Numbered from the stretch's first letter, positions 1 to 9,390 are shown. The stretch: DNA of 64,000 nt from Dehalococcoidia bacterium (GCA_021157895.1 JAGGVQ010000010.1:3394-67393); one strand, 5' to 3'. Translations and numbers: made by a program. The notes: generated from the letters alone by a model not told the origin.

Positions 1-267
1 GATGAGTTACAGCAAATTTACAAGGAGTTCTATCAGGACGCTCCATTCACTAAAATAGTAAGCAGCCCGCCCCAAACCAAATATGCTTGGGGAACTAACT
101 ACTGCTTTATTTATCCTACCATCGATGTAAATGCTAACAGGCTCATCATAATCAGTAGTTTGGATAACCTGGTAAAGGGGGGAGCAGGGCAAGCCCTCCA
201 AAACATGAATATAGCGTATAATTTTCCCGAAACAGCCGGGCTTGAATCTCTAGCCGTTTCCCCGTAA
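1..267 (+). CDS. argC: N-acetyl-gamma-glutamyl-phosphate reductase, C-terminal fragment (gene starts upstream of window)
   Basis: Frame 1 is open from the window edge to TAA at 265-267. The translation ...IIISSLDNLVKGGAGQALQNMNIAYNFPE... matches the conserved ArgC C-terminal DNLxKGAAGQAxQNMN motif. It is missing from the ORF track because it has no start codon in the window. Confidence 0.8.
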   Translation, partial: DELQQIYKEFYQDAPFTKIVSSPPQTKYAWGTNYCFIYPTIDVNANRLIIISSLDNLVKGGAGQALQNMNIAYNFPETAGLESLAVSP

Positions 268-277
268 AGTTAACCTT

Positions 278-351
278 GCCCTCATCGTCTAGAGGCCTAG
301 GACGTCAGCCTTTCAAGCTGAAGATCAGGGGTTCGAATCCCCTTGGGGGCA
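278..351 (+). tRNA. tRNA-Glu (anticodon UUC)
   Basis: Cloverleaf read by hand. The acceptor GCCCTCA pairs with TGGGGGC (one G-U). It has a TCTAGAGG D-loop, the anticodon loop CTTTCAA, the T-arm GGGGTTCGAATCCCC and discriminator A. No CCA is encoded. Confidence 0.9.
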
Positions 352-353
352 CT

Positions 354-989
354 TTATTTCTTCCATGCACCCTCACCAATTAGAGGAACAAAGTAACAAG
401 CGCCTAAGCGCTCTACCTCATCATTCTCCATGTGTCTGGTAATCTTTACTAATTCTTGTTGCCACCGAGATCCCACGGGAATCACCAATCTTCCCCCCCA
501 TTTCAATTGTCCTAGAAGAACTTGGGGTATATCAGGAGCCCCGGCAGATACTATAATGGCATCATATGGCGCTTCCTCCATCCACCCTAAGGTGTGCCCG
601 GCAACATAAACCTTGATGTTAGAGTAACCTGCTTGCTCTAAGGCTTGCTTGGCAGATTGGGCAAGCTCTGGAATACATTCCACAGTAACTACCTCTTTAG
701 CAAGTTCAGCTAGAATCGCTGCCTCATAACCACTTCCTGTTCCTATCTCTAGCACTTTCTCCACTCCAGTAAGTGCAAGTTTTGCAACCATTAAGGCCAC
801 AATAAAAGGTTGGGAGATAGTTTGTCCAAATCCAATACCAAGTGGTCTGTCCTCATAGGCAGCATTTTTACTTTCAGTAGGAACAAAAGCTTCACGAGGG
901 ACACGCCGCATAGCTTGAATCACTTGCTTGTCCTTGATCTCCTGATCGAGATACTGGATCAGACTGGCTTTGGCTGCCTCCAAATCCAT
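354..989 (-). CDS. pcm: protein-L-isoaspartate O-methyltransferase
   Basis: Contains VPREAFVP, GxGQTISQP and the SAM-binding LEIGTGSGY motif. I place the start at the internal ATG (MDLEAAKASL...) because the 28-aa upstream extension overlaps the preceding ORF and is hydrophobic junk. Confidence 0.85.
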   Translation of the reverse strand: MDLEAAKASLIQYLDQEIKDKQVIQAMRRVPREAFVPTESKNAAYEDRPLGIGFGQTISQPFIVALMVAKLALTGVEKVLEIGTGSGYEAAILAELAKEVVTVECIPELAQSAKQALEQAGYSNIKVYVAGHTLGWMEEAPYDAIIVSAGAPDIPQVLLGQLKWGGRLVIPVGSRWQQELVKITRHMENDEVERLGACYFVPLIGEGAWKK

Positions 990-1011
990 AACGCGCCTAG
1001 TAATAAGAACA

Positions 1012-1266
1012 TTAACCGAGGACAAAAGACAATACCACAAGGATAACAACAATAGACGCAGCAAGAATTCCAATATGCCTTACGTCTGTTATTACATACT
1101 GGTACTGACCTACAGAGGATTGAGCTTGGGGTTGCGCCTTAGCTACTGGCTTAGTCTGCAGCGATGGAGCAGTAGTAACGGCATCAAGAGGCTTCACCTT
1201 TCTAACATTAACTGTTGTTGCTTTAGTTCGTTTGCTCACCTTGATACGGCGTGATTTCTTAGCCAT
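1012..1266 (-). CDS. hypothetical small membrane protein (Lys/Arg-rich N-terminus, one C-terminal TM helix)
   Basis: An 84-aa ORF 3 nt downstream of the recombinase stop and 22 nt upstream of pcm. It ends in the TM segment GILAASIVVILVVLSFVLG. I recognise no family. Confidence 0.4.
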   Translation of the reverse strand: MAKKSRRIKVSKRTKATTVNVRKVKPLDAVTTAPSLQTKPVAKAQPQAQSSVGQYQYVITDVRHIGILAASIVVILVVLSFVLG

Positions 1267-1269
1267 ATT

Positions 1270-2112
1270 CTACCTCGAAAATGATTGAATCTGTTTATAA
1301 ATCCTAGTGCTTGAGATATGTGCATGCCCCAAAAGATGCTGGACCTGCTGAAGATCTGCGCCATTGCGCAACTTTTGTAAAGCAAAACTATGGCGTAGAG
1401 TATGTGGCGTAACTTTGGAACTCAAACCAGCTCTAGCTGCATAATTCTTTACGATTTGCCAAAATCCCTGTCGTGTGAGGCGCCCACCACGCCGGTTGAG
1501 GAAAAGTGCTTTCTCACTCTCATTATATAGAAGGTCAAGCCTATCCTGCCTGAGAAAATCTTCCAACAACTGACTGATAGTATGATCAAAAGGACTATGT
1601 TTATTTGCAACCCTAATACAGCAATTATTCAAATCGATATCATCAACATTCAATGCCACCAACTCACTAACACGCAATCCGGTAGCATAGAGGAGTTCTA
1701 ACATGACTATATCCCTCTTGGCTTCTGGAGAGGATAACTTTGCTGGCTCTGCTACCAGACGGTGATATTCTAATGGGGATAAAAAAGTAGCGGAATGCTT
1801 ACTAACTTGGGGGGAAACCAAGTTTTTCGCCGGATTTTCGCCTAACTTGCCTGAGTTCACCATGAATTTGAAAAAGGACCGTGCTGAAGCTATCTTACGG
1901 GCCGTAGTAGCTGCAGAATATCTCTTCTCTCTCAGGTGAAGCAGGTACTCCTGCAAAAGCATCTCATTAGACTGGGCCATCCCTTTCAATTTCTTCACTC
2001 CAACGTAATCCAATAGCTGCTGTAAATCATTATGATATGCCGATAGCGTATTAGGAGAGCACCTTTTTGCTTTTGCCAAGTACTCAAGAAAAACACCTAC
2101 ATCCCACTTCAT
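1270..2112 (-). CDS. tyrosine recombinase, XerC/XerD family
   Basis: It has an N-terminal SAM-like domain (LSAYHNDLQQLLDY) and C-terminal catalytic motifs (ATGLRVSEL, HTLRHSFA, LLGHAHISSTRIY). Confidence 0.8.
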   Translation of the reverse strand: MKWDVGVFLEYLAKAKRCSPNTLSAYHNDLQQLLDYVGVKKLKGMAQSNEMLLQEYLLHLREKRYSAATTARKIASARSFFKFMVNSGKLGENPAKNLVSPQVSKHSATFLSPLEYHRLVAEPAKLSSPEAKRDIVMLELLYATGLRVSELVALNVDDIDLNNCCIRVANKHSPFDHTISQLLEDFLRQDRLDLLYNESEKALFLNRRGGRLTRQGFWQIVKNYAARAGLSSKVTPHTLRHSFALQKLRNGADLQQVQHLLGHAHISSTRIYKQIQSFSR

Positions 2113-2183
2113 ACCTAATCCATTCTAACATAATACAAATCCTTTTTGCCCGCACACAGGGTGATTGATACAATAAGCTCGCT

Positions 2184-3995
2184 ATGAAAACATCTCTGGC
2201 AGAACAAATAAAAATTTTGCCCTCAGGTCCTGGAGTTTACTTCTTCAAAAACGATCAAGACGAAATTATATATATCGGTAAAGCTATTAACTTGTCTGCC
2301 AGAATAAAAAGTTACTTTACTAACCAAGTTAATCTATCCTCAAAAACAAAGCAGTTAGTATCCAGAATAGCGAACCTAGATTTCATAGCCATGAACTCGG
2401 AGCAAGAAGCACTCATTACTGAGTGTGACATGATAAAAAAATATCATCCTAGATATAATATCCAGCTCAGAGATAACAAAACTTTTCCCTATCTCAAAAT
2501 AACTATTAACGAGGACTGGCCAAGTATATACATTACCCGCCATCAAAACAATGATGGTGCCGAATACTTTGGTCCTTTCGCCAGCGCAAGCTCAATCCGT
2601 AGGACGATGCAATTAACGAGAAAAATCTTCCATTTCCGCACTTGTACTAAAAACATCACAGGTAAAGATACCAAACCATGCCTGGATTATTACATTAAAC
2701 GCTGTTGTGGGCCATGTATTGGGGCTGTGAGTAAAGAAAAGTACCGAGATATGATAAACCATGTGATACTTTTCCTAAATGGTAAGCAAGAACTAATCGT
2801 TCATGACTTAATAACCAAGATGAGGCTGGCCACCCAAGAGCTTCACTTTGAGCAAGCAGCCTTACTTAGAGACCAACTCCAGTCAATAAAACAGGTAATG
2901 GAAAGCCAAAAAATTTCTACTGCACTGAGATCAGAGCAAGACATTATTGCCATGGCACAAGATAAAGAGCAAGCCTGCGTACAAATATTCCTAGTGCGGA
3001 ATAATAAGCTTGTTGGCAGAGAACACTTCATCTTGGATAACATTCGTGATGAGTCTCCTCAACAAATGTTGACAGAATTCATCAAGCAATACTACGTAGT
3101 GGCTTCACATATACCTCCGCTCATACTTCTCCAGTATCCAATAAATGAGATGTCTATGCTTTCCAATTGGCTCACGCAGCAAAAAGAGAGAAAAGTGAAT
3201 CTGAAGGTATGCCGGCGGGGTGATAAACGAAACTTAATCAACATGGCCGCTGATAATGCCAGAATGGGGCTACTATTAGCCAGAGCTAAGCATAGAACTC
3301 CCGAAGCGATCGATGCTGCCCTGCGCGAACTTAAAGACAAATTGCAGTTACCCGCGGCACCAGTACGAATAGAAGGTTACGATATATCTGATATCCAAGG
3401 GACTTCGGCCGTAGGCAGCATAGTGGTTATGGAAAAAGGGACACCGGTGCCAAAGTACTACCGTCGCTTCCGCATTAATACAGTAAGACATCCTAACGAT
3501 TATGCAATGCTCAAAGAAATTTTGAGGCGGCGTCTGCAAAAAGGCACGGAGAGCAAGAATAGATGGGCTATACTTCCTGACCTGATTCTTATTGATGGTG
3601 GCAAAGGACAACTAAATGCGGCACTGGAAATTATGGGCGAACTAGAAATCAACAATATCCCCTTGGCAAGCATTGCCAAGGAAAATGAGGAAGTTTTTAT
3701 CCCCTCAAGATTTACTTCTGTCAACTTAGCAAAGGATTCTCTGGCACTTCATCTGCTTCAGCAAGTAAGAGATGAAGCACATCGATTCGCCGTTACTTAT
3801 CACAGGTCACTGCATTCCAAGGAAAACATATGGTCTGCTCTAGACCGTATTCGTGGCATTGGGCCCAAACGAAAAAGAGAACTGCTGAAGACATTTGGTT
3901 CAATAGACAGAATCAGGCTAGCTCCGGCGAAGGACCTCATTCAAATCAAAGGTATCACACCAATCTTAGCTAGGAATATCAAAACCAGCTTATGA
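2184..3995 (+). CDS. uvrC: excinuclease ABC subunit C
   Basis: It has a GIY-YIG N-terminus (GVYFFKNDQDEIIYIGKA), a UVR domain, an Endo V-like domain and a C-terminal HhH (GIGPKRKRELLKTFGS). Length is 603 aa. Confidence 0.95.
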   Translation: MKTSLAEQIKILPSGPGVYFFKNDQDEIIYIGKAINLSARIKSYFTNQVNLSSKTKQLVSRIANLDFIAMNSEQEALITECDMIKKYHPRYNIQLRDNKTFPYLKITINEDWPSIYITRHQNNDGAEYFGPFASASSIRRTMQLTRKIFHFRTCTKNITGKDTKPCLDYYIKRCCGPCIGAVSKEKYRDMINHVILFLNGKQELIVHDLITKMRLATQELHFEQAALLRDQLQSIKQVMESQKISTALRSEQDIIAMAQDKEQACVQIFLVRNNKLVGREHFILDNIRDESPQQMLTEFIKQYYVVASHIPPLILLQYPINEMSMLSNWLTQQKERKVNLKVCRRGDKRNLINMAADNARMGLLLARAKHRTPEAIDAALRELKDKLQLPAAPVRIEGYDISDIQGTSAVGSIVVMEKGTPVPKYYRRFRINTVRHPNDYAMLKEILRRRLQKGTESKNRWAILPDLILIDGGKGQLNAALEIMGELEINNIPLASIAKENEEVFIPSRFTSVNLAKDSLALHLLQQVRDEAHRFAVTYHRSLHSKENIWSALDRIRGIGPKRKRELLKTFGSIDRIRLAPAKDLIQIKGITPILARNIKTSL

Positions 3996-4066
3996 GTCAA
4001 ATCCAACTTGGGCTTTCTCCAAACAGACACATTATTATTTCGTGTTTAAGTGCCTTTATCTGTTGG

Positions 4067-4792
4067 CTATTGATCCAATAATCGTCTTAAGGTCAAAGCA
4101 TTTCTTACTGCGAAAGCTTCAACATCATTATTAAAGTAAATATAGACAACCTTAACTTGCTTCCCTAACAAAATAATATCAGTGGCCCACTGAGACAGTT
4201 CCTCTTCAGAATAGTAACTAGAATATAATCTTGCACTACCATGAAAGCGAATATAAGCTAAGTTGCTGGTAGTTACTAGAGGAGATATAAAACCAGGCAT
4301 GTCAAAAACACACACACCAACGTTATAGCGCCGTAACAAATAGAAAACAGCATCATCAAACCACGATCTGTGGCGAAATTCCAGCACATGATAATATCCA
4401 TGCGGCAAGGCAGCCAAAAAATCTTCTAAAATCCCGTCATCCCGCCTCATGTTTGGGGGTAATTGATATAATAAAGGGCCAAGTTTGTTTCCAAGGAAAT
4501 GAGCTCGAGACACAAAAGTGTTTACTGCCGAAGCTGAGTCTCTCAATCTCTTGATGTGGGTAACGTAACGACTCGCCTTTACACTAAAAACAAAATCATC
4601 TGGCACAGAATCCTTCCAGTTAGCAAAAGACTTCTCTGATGGCAAGCGATAAAAACTATTGTTGATTTCGACTGTAGGAAAGTCCCGAGAGTAATGATGC
4701 AGCCATTTTGTTCTGGCTAATCCTCGAGGATAGTATGTATCACACCAATGCTCGTAGTACCATCCACTGCAACCAACATAGTATTTTAACAT
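4067..4792 (-). CDS. DUF72 family protein (YecE-like)
   Basis: YVGCSGWYYEHW at the N-terminus, TVEINNSFYRLP and the FRHRSW motif are characteristic of DUF72. Confidence 0.8.
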   Translation of the reverse strand: MLKYYVGCSGWYYEHWCDTYYPRGLARTKWLHHYSRDFPTVEINNSFYRLPSEKSFANWKDSVPDDFVFSVKASRYVTHIKRLRDSASAVNTFVSRAHFLGNKLGPLLYQLPPNMRRDDGILEDFLAALPHGYYHVLEFRHRSWFDDAVFYLLRRYNVGVCVFDMPGFISPLVTTSNLAYIRFHGSARLYSSYYSEEELSQWATDIILLGKQVKVVYIYFNNDVEAFAVRNALTLRRLLDQ

Positions 4793-4819
4793 CGGAAGCC
4801 CCTTATGATCAGCACAGAC

Positions 4820-4849
4820 TTGAATTTTTAGCTCAAGATAAATTATACT
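4820..4849 (+). promoter_or_regulatory. sigma70-like promoter for the 5S rRNA gene
   Basis: TTGAAT (4820-4825), an 18-nt spacer, then TATACT (4844-4849). The predicted start is about 10 nt upstream of the mature 5S 5' end. Confidence 0.4.
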
Positions 4850-4866
4850 CTATGACCTAAGAGCTT

Positions 4867-4983
4867 TCTGGTGACTGTAGCGGAGTGGAACCACCCGTTC
4901 CCATCCCGAACACGGCAGTGAAACTCTCCAGCGCAGACGATACTGAAGGGGCAACCCTCTGGGAAAATATGTCGTTGCCAGGA
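4867..4983 (+). rRNA. rrf: 5S ribosomal RNA, not linked to a 23S gene
   Basis: Contains the universal 5S core CCCGTTCCCATCCCGAACACGG. Terminal helix I pairs CTGGTGAC with GTTGCCAG. Length is about 117 nt. The upstream neighbour is a minus-strand protein gene. Confidence 0.9.
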
Positions 4984-5071
4984 GGCTCTCTCTAGTATCT
5001 CACCCTTACTGAAAACCGCATGCCATTTCTGACAGCAAATAACGTAATGTGAAGGGAAAACATCAGTAGCA

Positions 5072-5080
5072 TGCTATAAT
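5072..5080 (+). promoter_or_regulatory. possible extended -10 promoter for archease-rtcB
   Basis: TGcTATAAT lies 29 nt upstream of the archease ATG. The -35 is poor. Confidence 0.3.
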
Positions 5081-5108
5081 TGAAGACATCATATAACAAC
5101 AGGGCCGG

Positions 5109-5531
5109 ATGGCAGCTAAAACATTCAAAGTTATCAACCACACTGCGGATGTTGGAATCATCGCTTATGGAAACAACATGAAGGAAGTATTTTCCCATGC
5201 TGCTTTAGCTTTGTTTAGCCTAATCACGAAAACAACAGATATTGAAGTTCAAATACAACACGACGTAGCGATAACAAGTACGAACCTCGAGAGCTTACTG
5301 GTGGAATGGCTTAATGAACTTATCTACCTCTTCGATGTAGAGCACCTTCTACTTTGCCGATTTGATATCAAAGCCATAAGCGATACCCAGCTTACAGCCA
5401 TTTGCTATGGAGAAACTATCGATATTTTAAAACACAGAATAAAGACAGGAGTAAAAGCAGCGACATACCACATGCTACAGATAGAAAGAGATAGCCATGG
5501 ATATAAAGCACAGGTAATTTTCGATATATAG
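5109..5531 (+). CDS. archease (RtcB activator)
   Basis: A 140-aa protein with the N-terminal HTADVGI motif and archease length and architecture. It sits immediately upstream of rtcB. Confidence 0.85.
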   Translation: MAAKTFKVINHTADVGIIAYGNNMKEVFSHAALALFSLITKTTDIEVQIQHDVAITSTNLESLLVEWLNELIYLFDVEHLLLCRFDIKAISDTQLTAICYGETIDILKHRIKTGVKAATYHMLQIERDSHGYKAQVIFDI

Positions 5532-5542
5532 GAATACCACAT

Positions 5543-7000
5543 ATGACACAATGGCACGGACAAATTGTCAAAATAGATGATTTTCATTGGAAAATTCCCC
5601 AGGATTCCAAATCTGGCATGAGAGTCCCAGGGTTAATCTATGCCACTGAAGAAATGCTGGAAGCAATAAGAAGGGAACAAGCACTGGAGCAGGTCGTCAA
5701 TGTCGCTTTTCTGCCAGGAATTCTCAAATTCTCCTTTGCTATGCCTGATATCCACTGGGGCTATGGCTTTCCCATCGGGGGAGTAGCGGCAATGGATGCC
5801 ACCAGTGGTGTAATTTCCCCAGGAGGAGTGGGTTATGACATCAACTGTGGCATCAGGTTGCTGCGCACCAGTCTGGTTGAATCTGAAGTGAGGCCAAAAA
5901 TACAACAGCTAGTTGATGAATTATTCAGAAACATACCATCAGGATTGGGCTCCGAGGGTAAAATGAAGGTGAGTTCAGGTGAGATGGAAAAGCTTGTTGC
6001 CGAAGGATCCAGGTGGGCCATAAAACATGGCTTTGGCTCCAACGAGGATCTAGACGTCACCGAGGAAAGAGGGTGCATGACAGAAGCGAACCCTGATAAG
6101 TTAAGTGAAAGGGCAATAAAAAGAGGTATGTCCCAAGCCGGAACTCTGGGCTCAGGAAACCACTTTCTCGAGGTTCAGATGGTCAGGGAAATCTTCGACT
6201 CTCAAGCAGCAAGCGTTATGGGTATCAATCAAATAGGTCAGGTACTAGTGCTTATTCACACAGGCTCTCGAGGTTTTGGGCACCAAGTATGTACTGATGC
6301 CTTACGAGTGATGGAAAGGGCAGTATTAAACTATGATATAAAACTTCCTGACCGCCAGCTCGCTTGTGCTCCAATAGAATCACGTGAAGGAAAGGATTAT
6401 CTGGAGACTATGGCATGTGCTGCCAACTATGCTTGGGTCAACCGTCAATGTATCACTCATTGGACCAGAGAAAGCTTCTCCCGAGTTTTCGGCAAATCAC
6501 ATGATAAATTAGGCATGAAACAGGTATACGATGTTGCTCACAATATCGCCAAGGCAGAATACCACTTGGTAGATGGCAAGAGGATTAAGGTTTATGTCCA
6601 TCGCAAAGGAGCCACCCGGGCCTTTCCCCCAGGACATAAAGACATTCCCCAACGCTATCAGAAAATAGGACAGCCTGTCCTCATTCCCGGAGATATGGGA
6701 CGTTGTTCATTCATCGCCGTCGGTACTCAGAAGGCTATGGAGGAAAGTTTTGGGTCTACATGTCATGGTGCTGGTAGAATACTAAGCCGTAGCGCCGCCA
6801 AGCGGAGCTTAACCAGTAGGGAGATACTACAAGCGTTACACGAGAGAAACATCACTATTAAAACAGGCAGCATATCTTCCTTGGCAGAGGAGGCATCTCA
6901 GGCTTATAGAGACGTAGCCAAGGTAATCGATGTCGCCCAGCAGGCCGGTATCTCTAAAAAAGTAGCTCTGACTATTCCAATAGCAGTGATAAAGGGGTAG
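5543..7000 (+). CDS. rtcB: RNA-splicing ligase RtcB (3'-phosphate/5'-hydroxyl RNA ligase)
   Basis: Contains MPDxHxGYG, GGVGYDINCG, GSGNHF, HTGSRGxG and the C-terminal HGAGR motif. Length is 485 aa. Confidence 0.95.
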   Translation: MTQWHGQIVKIDDFHWKIPQDSKSGMRVPGLIYATEEMLEAIRREQALEQVVNVAFLPGILKFSFAMPDIHWGYGFPIGGVAAMDATSGVISPGGVGYDINCGIRLLRTSLVESEVRPKIQQLVDELFRNIPSGLGSEGKMKVSSGEMEKLVAEGSRWAIKHGFGSNEDLDVTEERGCMTEANPDKLSERAIKRGMSQAGTLGSGNHFLEVQMVREIFDSQAASVMGINQIGQVLVLIHTGSRGFGHQVCTDALRVMERAVLNYDIKLPDRQLACAPIESREGKDYLETMACAANYAWVNRQCITHWTRESFSRVFGKSHDKLGMKQVYDVAHNIAKAEYHLVDGKRIKVYVHRKGATRAFPPGHKDIPQRYQKIGQPVLIPGDMGRCSFIAVGTQKAMEESFGSTCHGAGRILSRSAAKRSLTSREILQALHERNITIKTGSISSLAEEASQAYRDVAKVIDVAQQAGISKKVALTIPIAVIKG

Positions 7001-7004
7001 TAAA

Positions 7005-7697
7005 ATGTCAATAGCTAAGACTAAGAATAGAGGGCAGGATAATTTTCCCTATCTAATAAAGCTTCCCCTACCTCAGTTGAAAGGTCAGATATCACTCGAA
7101 GAGAGTATTGCTAAGCGCAGATCAATAATAAGATTCAAAGCAGAGCCTCTCAGTATATATCAGTTAGGACAAATCCTCTGGGCAGCTCAGGGAATCACCA
7201 GCCCAGAAAAAAGCCTTAGAGCAGCGCCCAGCGCCGGTGGCACCTATCCCCTAGAGATTTTCTTAATTATTGGTAAACAAGCTATAGCAATCAGTTCTGG
7301 GCCTGAAGTGAAACGATATGCAGGGGTTGCAGAGCTACCAGCCGGTATTTATTACTATCATGCCAATACACATGCATTGCAGCTACATCGGTCTGGTGAC
7401 CTGAGGACAGAATTGGCCGGAGCTTCCTTAGATCAAGGATTTCTCGCTACCGTGCCGGTAGATATTGTGATCTGTGCTGTTTATTCCAGAACCCTGTATA
7501 CCTATGGAGAGCGGGGAAAGCGATACATTCATATGGAGACTGGGCATGCAGGGGAAAACATTCACCTGCAGGTAACAACACTAGGACTAGCCACAGTAGA
7601 AGTCGGTGCCTTCGATGATGTAAAGGTGAGGAATATATTAAAAGTAGACAGTCAATTTAAACCTTTATATATCATGCCAGTAGGTATACCACTATAG
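7005..7697 (+). CDS. SagB/ThcOx-type nitroreductase-family protein
   Basis: Contains RRSIIRF, APSAGGTYPLEIF, LPAGIYYY and HMETGHAGENI, which fit a nitroreductase fold of the SagB-like subgroup. It starts 4 nt after the rtcB stop. Confidence 0.7.
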   Translation: MSIAKTKNRGQDNFPYLIKLPLPQLKGQISLEESIAKRRSIIRFKAEPLSIYQLGQILWAAQGITSPEKSLRAAPSAGGTYPLEIFLIIGKQAIAISSGPEVKRYAGVAELPAGIYYYHANTHALQLHRSGDLRTELAGASLDQGFLATVPVDIVICAVYSRTLYTYGERGKRYIHMETGHAGENIHLQVTTLGLATVEVGAFDDVKVRNILKVDSQFKPLYIMPVGIPL

Positions 7698-7800
7698 AAA
7701 GAAACAACTTCTTGGAGGACACTCCGTTGAATTCATCTCCATCATCAGTAAATGCCAGTCCTGTATTTATTAATATTTTCCGATCCTAGCTCCGCAACTA

Positions 7801-9390
7801 TCAGCTACGTGTCCCTGAGTTTTTAACCAGCCAGTACTCAATGCTATCTGCTAGAGCAAACCAACTAGCCTCAATAATGTTGGATGAACTGCCTACTGTC
7901 CTCCAATGCTCTTTGCCATCTCCAGATTCAATAAGCACCCTTGTCTGGGAAGCAGTGCCAGCAGTTTCTTCCAATATACGTACCTTGTAGTCTATAAGGG
8001 TCACAGCGTCTAAATCAGGGTAAAACTGAAGCAACGCCTTGCGCAATGCCTGGTCCAAAGCATTAACAGGGCCATGCCCTTCTGCAGCTGTATGTACTAT
8101 CTTACTATCAACCATAACTTTTATAGTAGCTTCTGCTAGTGGCTCCTCGATATCACCTTCCATATAGGGACGACGCCACTTCTCCACCACAACCATAAAG
8201 TCTACCAGCTCAAAAGGTGGACGGTAAGAAGGCTGAGCACGATAGAGTAACAGATCAAAAGATGCCTCAGCACTATCATACTGGAAGCCTTGTTTTTCCA
8301 GTAACTTTATCTGCTTCAATATCGTTGCGACTTGTTTTGCTTTTGGAATAGGGAGCTTGCGCTCTCGAGCCTTGTACATAATGCTACTCTTCCCCGCCAA
8401 GTCTGAGATAATCACCCTAGGATAATTGCCCACCAGTTTAGGGCTAATGTGCTGATAACTATTCTTCCATTTTGCCAAAGCGGAAACATGTATTCCCCCC
8501 TTATGAGTAAAAGCCTTATCCCCAACATAAGGAAGTCGGCTATAGTGTGCTAGATTAGCTATCTCGGACACATAGTGAGAAACTTCAGTCAGTTTGCTCA
8601 GTTGGTCACCAACACAATCAAGACCTAATTTAAGCTGCATATTGGGAATGACAGAACATAGATTGGCATTGCCACAACGCTCTCCGTAGCCATTAATAGT
8701 TCCTTGAACCTGAACTACCCCTGCTTCTATGGCAGCCAGTGAATTGGCCACACCGAGATCACTATCGTTGTGAGCATGTATCCCCAAAGAAACAGAGCTG
8801 GCCTTTTGAACTGCCTTGATAATCTCTATTATCTGATGGGGCAAACTACCACCATTGGTGTCGCAGAGAATCACACACTCAGCCCCAGCACTGGCAGCTG
8901 CAGTAACCACTGCCAAGGCGTATTCCGCGTTATCTCGATATCCATCGAAGAAATGTTCTGCATCAAAGAACACTCTGCGTCCCTTAGTTGTTAGATAAGC
9001 AACAGAGTCCTTAATCATATCGAGATGCTCTTCCGGTGTTGTCTCCAACACTTGCGTAACATGTTTATCCCAACCCTTACCTACAAGGGTAACCACCTTA
9101 GTCTTGGCCTCAAGCAAAGCCCGGAGGTTATCATCATCATCCACACGAGAGTACGCCCGCCGTGTGCTTCCAAAAGCAACAAGTGTTGTATGAACTAAGG
9201 GAAGCATTGCTACCCTATTAAAGAACTCTGTGTCCTTAGGGTTAGAGCCAGGCCATCCACCTTCAATATAGTCGATGCCCAGATCATCTAACTTCGTGAC
9301 AATTTTCAGTTTGTCTTCAACAGAAAAAGAAATACCTTCTTCCTGAGAACCATCTCTCAGGGTTGTATCATAAAGTTGAACTTTCGACAT
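7801..9390 (-). CDS. cimA: (R)-citramalate synthase (LeuA paralog)
   Basis: LYDTTLRDGSQEEGISFS at the N-terminus, HAHND, and a 529-aa length with a LeuA_dimer-like C-terminus are typical of the CimA subfamily. It is the last gene of the ilv-leu run. Confidence 0.8.
   Translation of the reverse strand: MSKVQLYDTTLRDGSQEEGISFSVEDKLKIVTKLDDLGIDYIEGGWPGSNPKDTEFFNRVAMLPLVHTTLVAFGSTRRAYSRVDDDDNLRALLEAKTKVVTLVGKGWDKHVTQVLETTPEEHLDMIKDSVAYLTTKGRRVFFDAEHFFDGYRDNAEYALAVVTAAASAGAECVILCDTNGGSLPHQIIEIIKAVQKASSVSLGIHAHNDSDLGVANSLAAIEAGVVQVQGTINGYGERCGNANLCSVIPNMQLKLGLDCVGDQLSKLTEVSHYVSEIANLAHYSRLPYVGDKAFTHKGGIHVSALAKWKNSYQHISPKLVGNYPRVIISDLAGKSSIMYKARERKLPIPKAKQVATILKQIKLLEKQGFQYDSAEASFDLLLYRAQPSYRPPFELVDFMVVVEKWRRPYMEGDIEEPLAEATIKVMVDSKIVHTAAEGHGPVNALDQALRKALLQFYPDLDAVTLIDYKVRILEETAGTASQTRVLIESGDGKEHWRTVGSSSNIIEASWFALADSIEYWLVKNSGTRS

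Noticed and set aside
354-1073. Longest-ORF start codons from the track for pcm, rpiB (20162), tsaC (20697), purB (24057), the LacD-like aldolase (28300), dctP (43832), the J-protein (48451), fumarase alpha (60789) and FmdB (59112).
   Set aside because: The extensions overlap upstream genes, are hydrophobic or Cys-rich junk, and precede internal starts. Those internal starts match family N-termini and, in several cases, follow strong Shine-Dalgarno sequences. The start positions remain predictions.
278-2112. tRNA-Glu next to a tyrosine recombinase, as a possible integrated mobile element.
   Set aside because: The recombinase has Xer-type architecture and is flanked by housekeeping genes (pcm, uvrC). 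I did not notice a direct repeat of the tRNA 3' end or any phage or plasmid genes. A systematic repeat search was not possible by eye.
4067-4983. The 5S gene as the tail of a 23S-5S operon.
   Set aside because: The 4.8 kb upstream is fully occupied by protein genes (DUF72 on the opposite strand, then uvrC). No 23S-like sequence is present.
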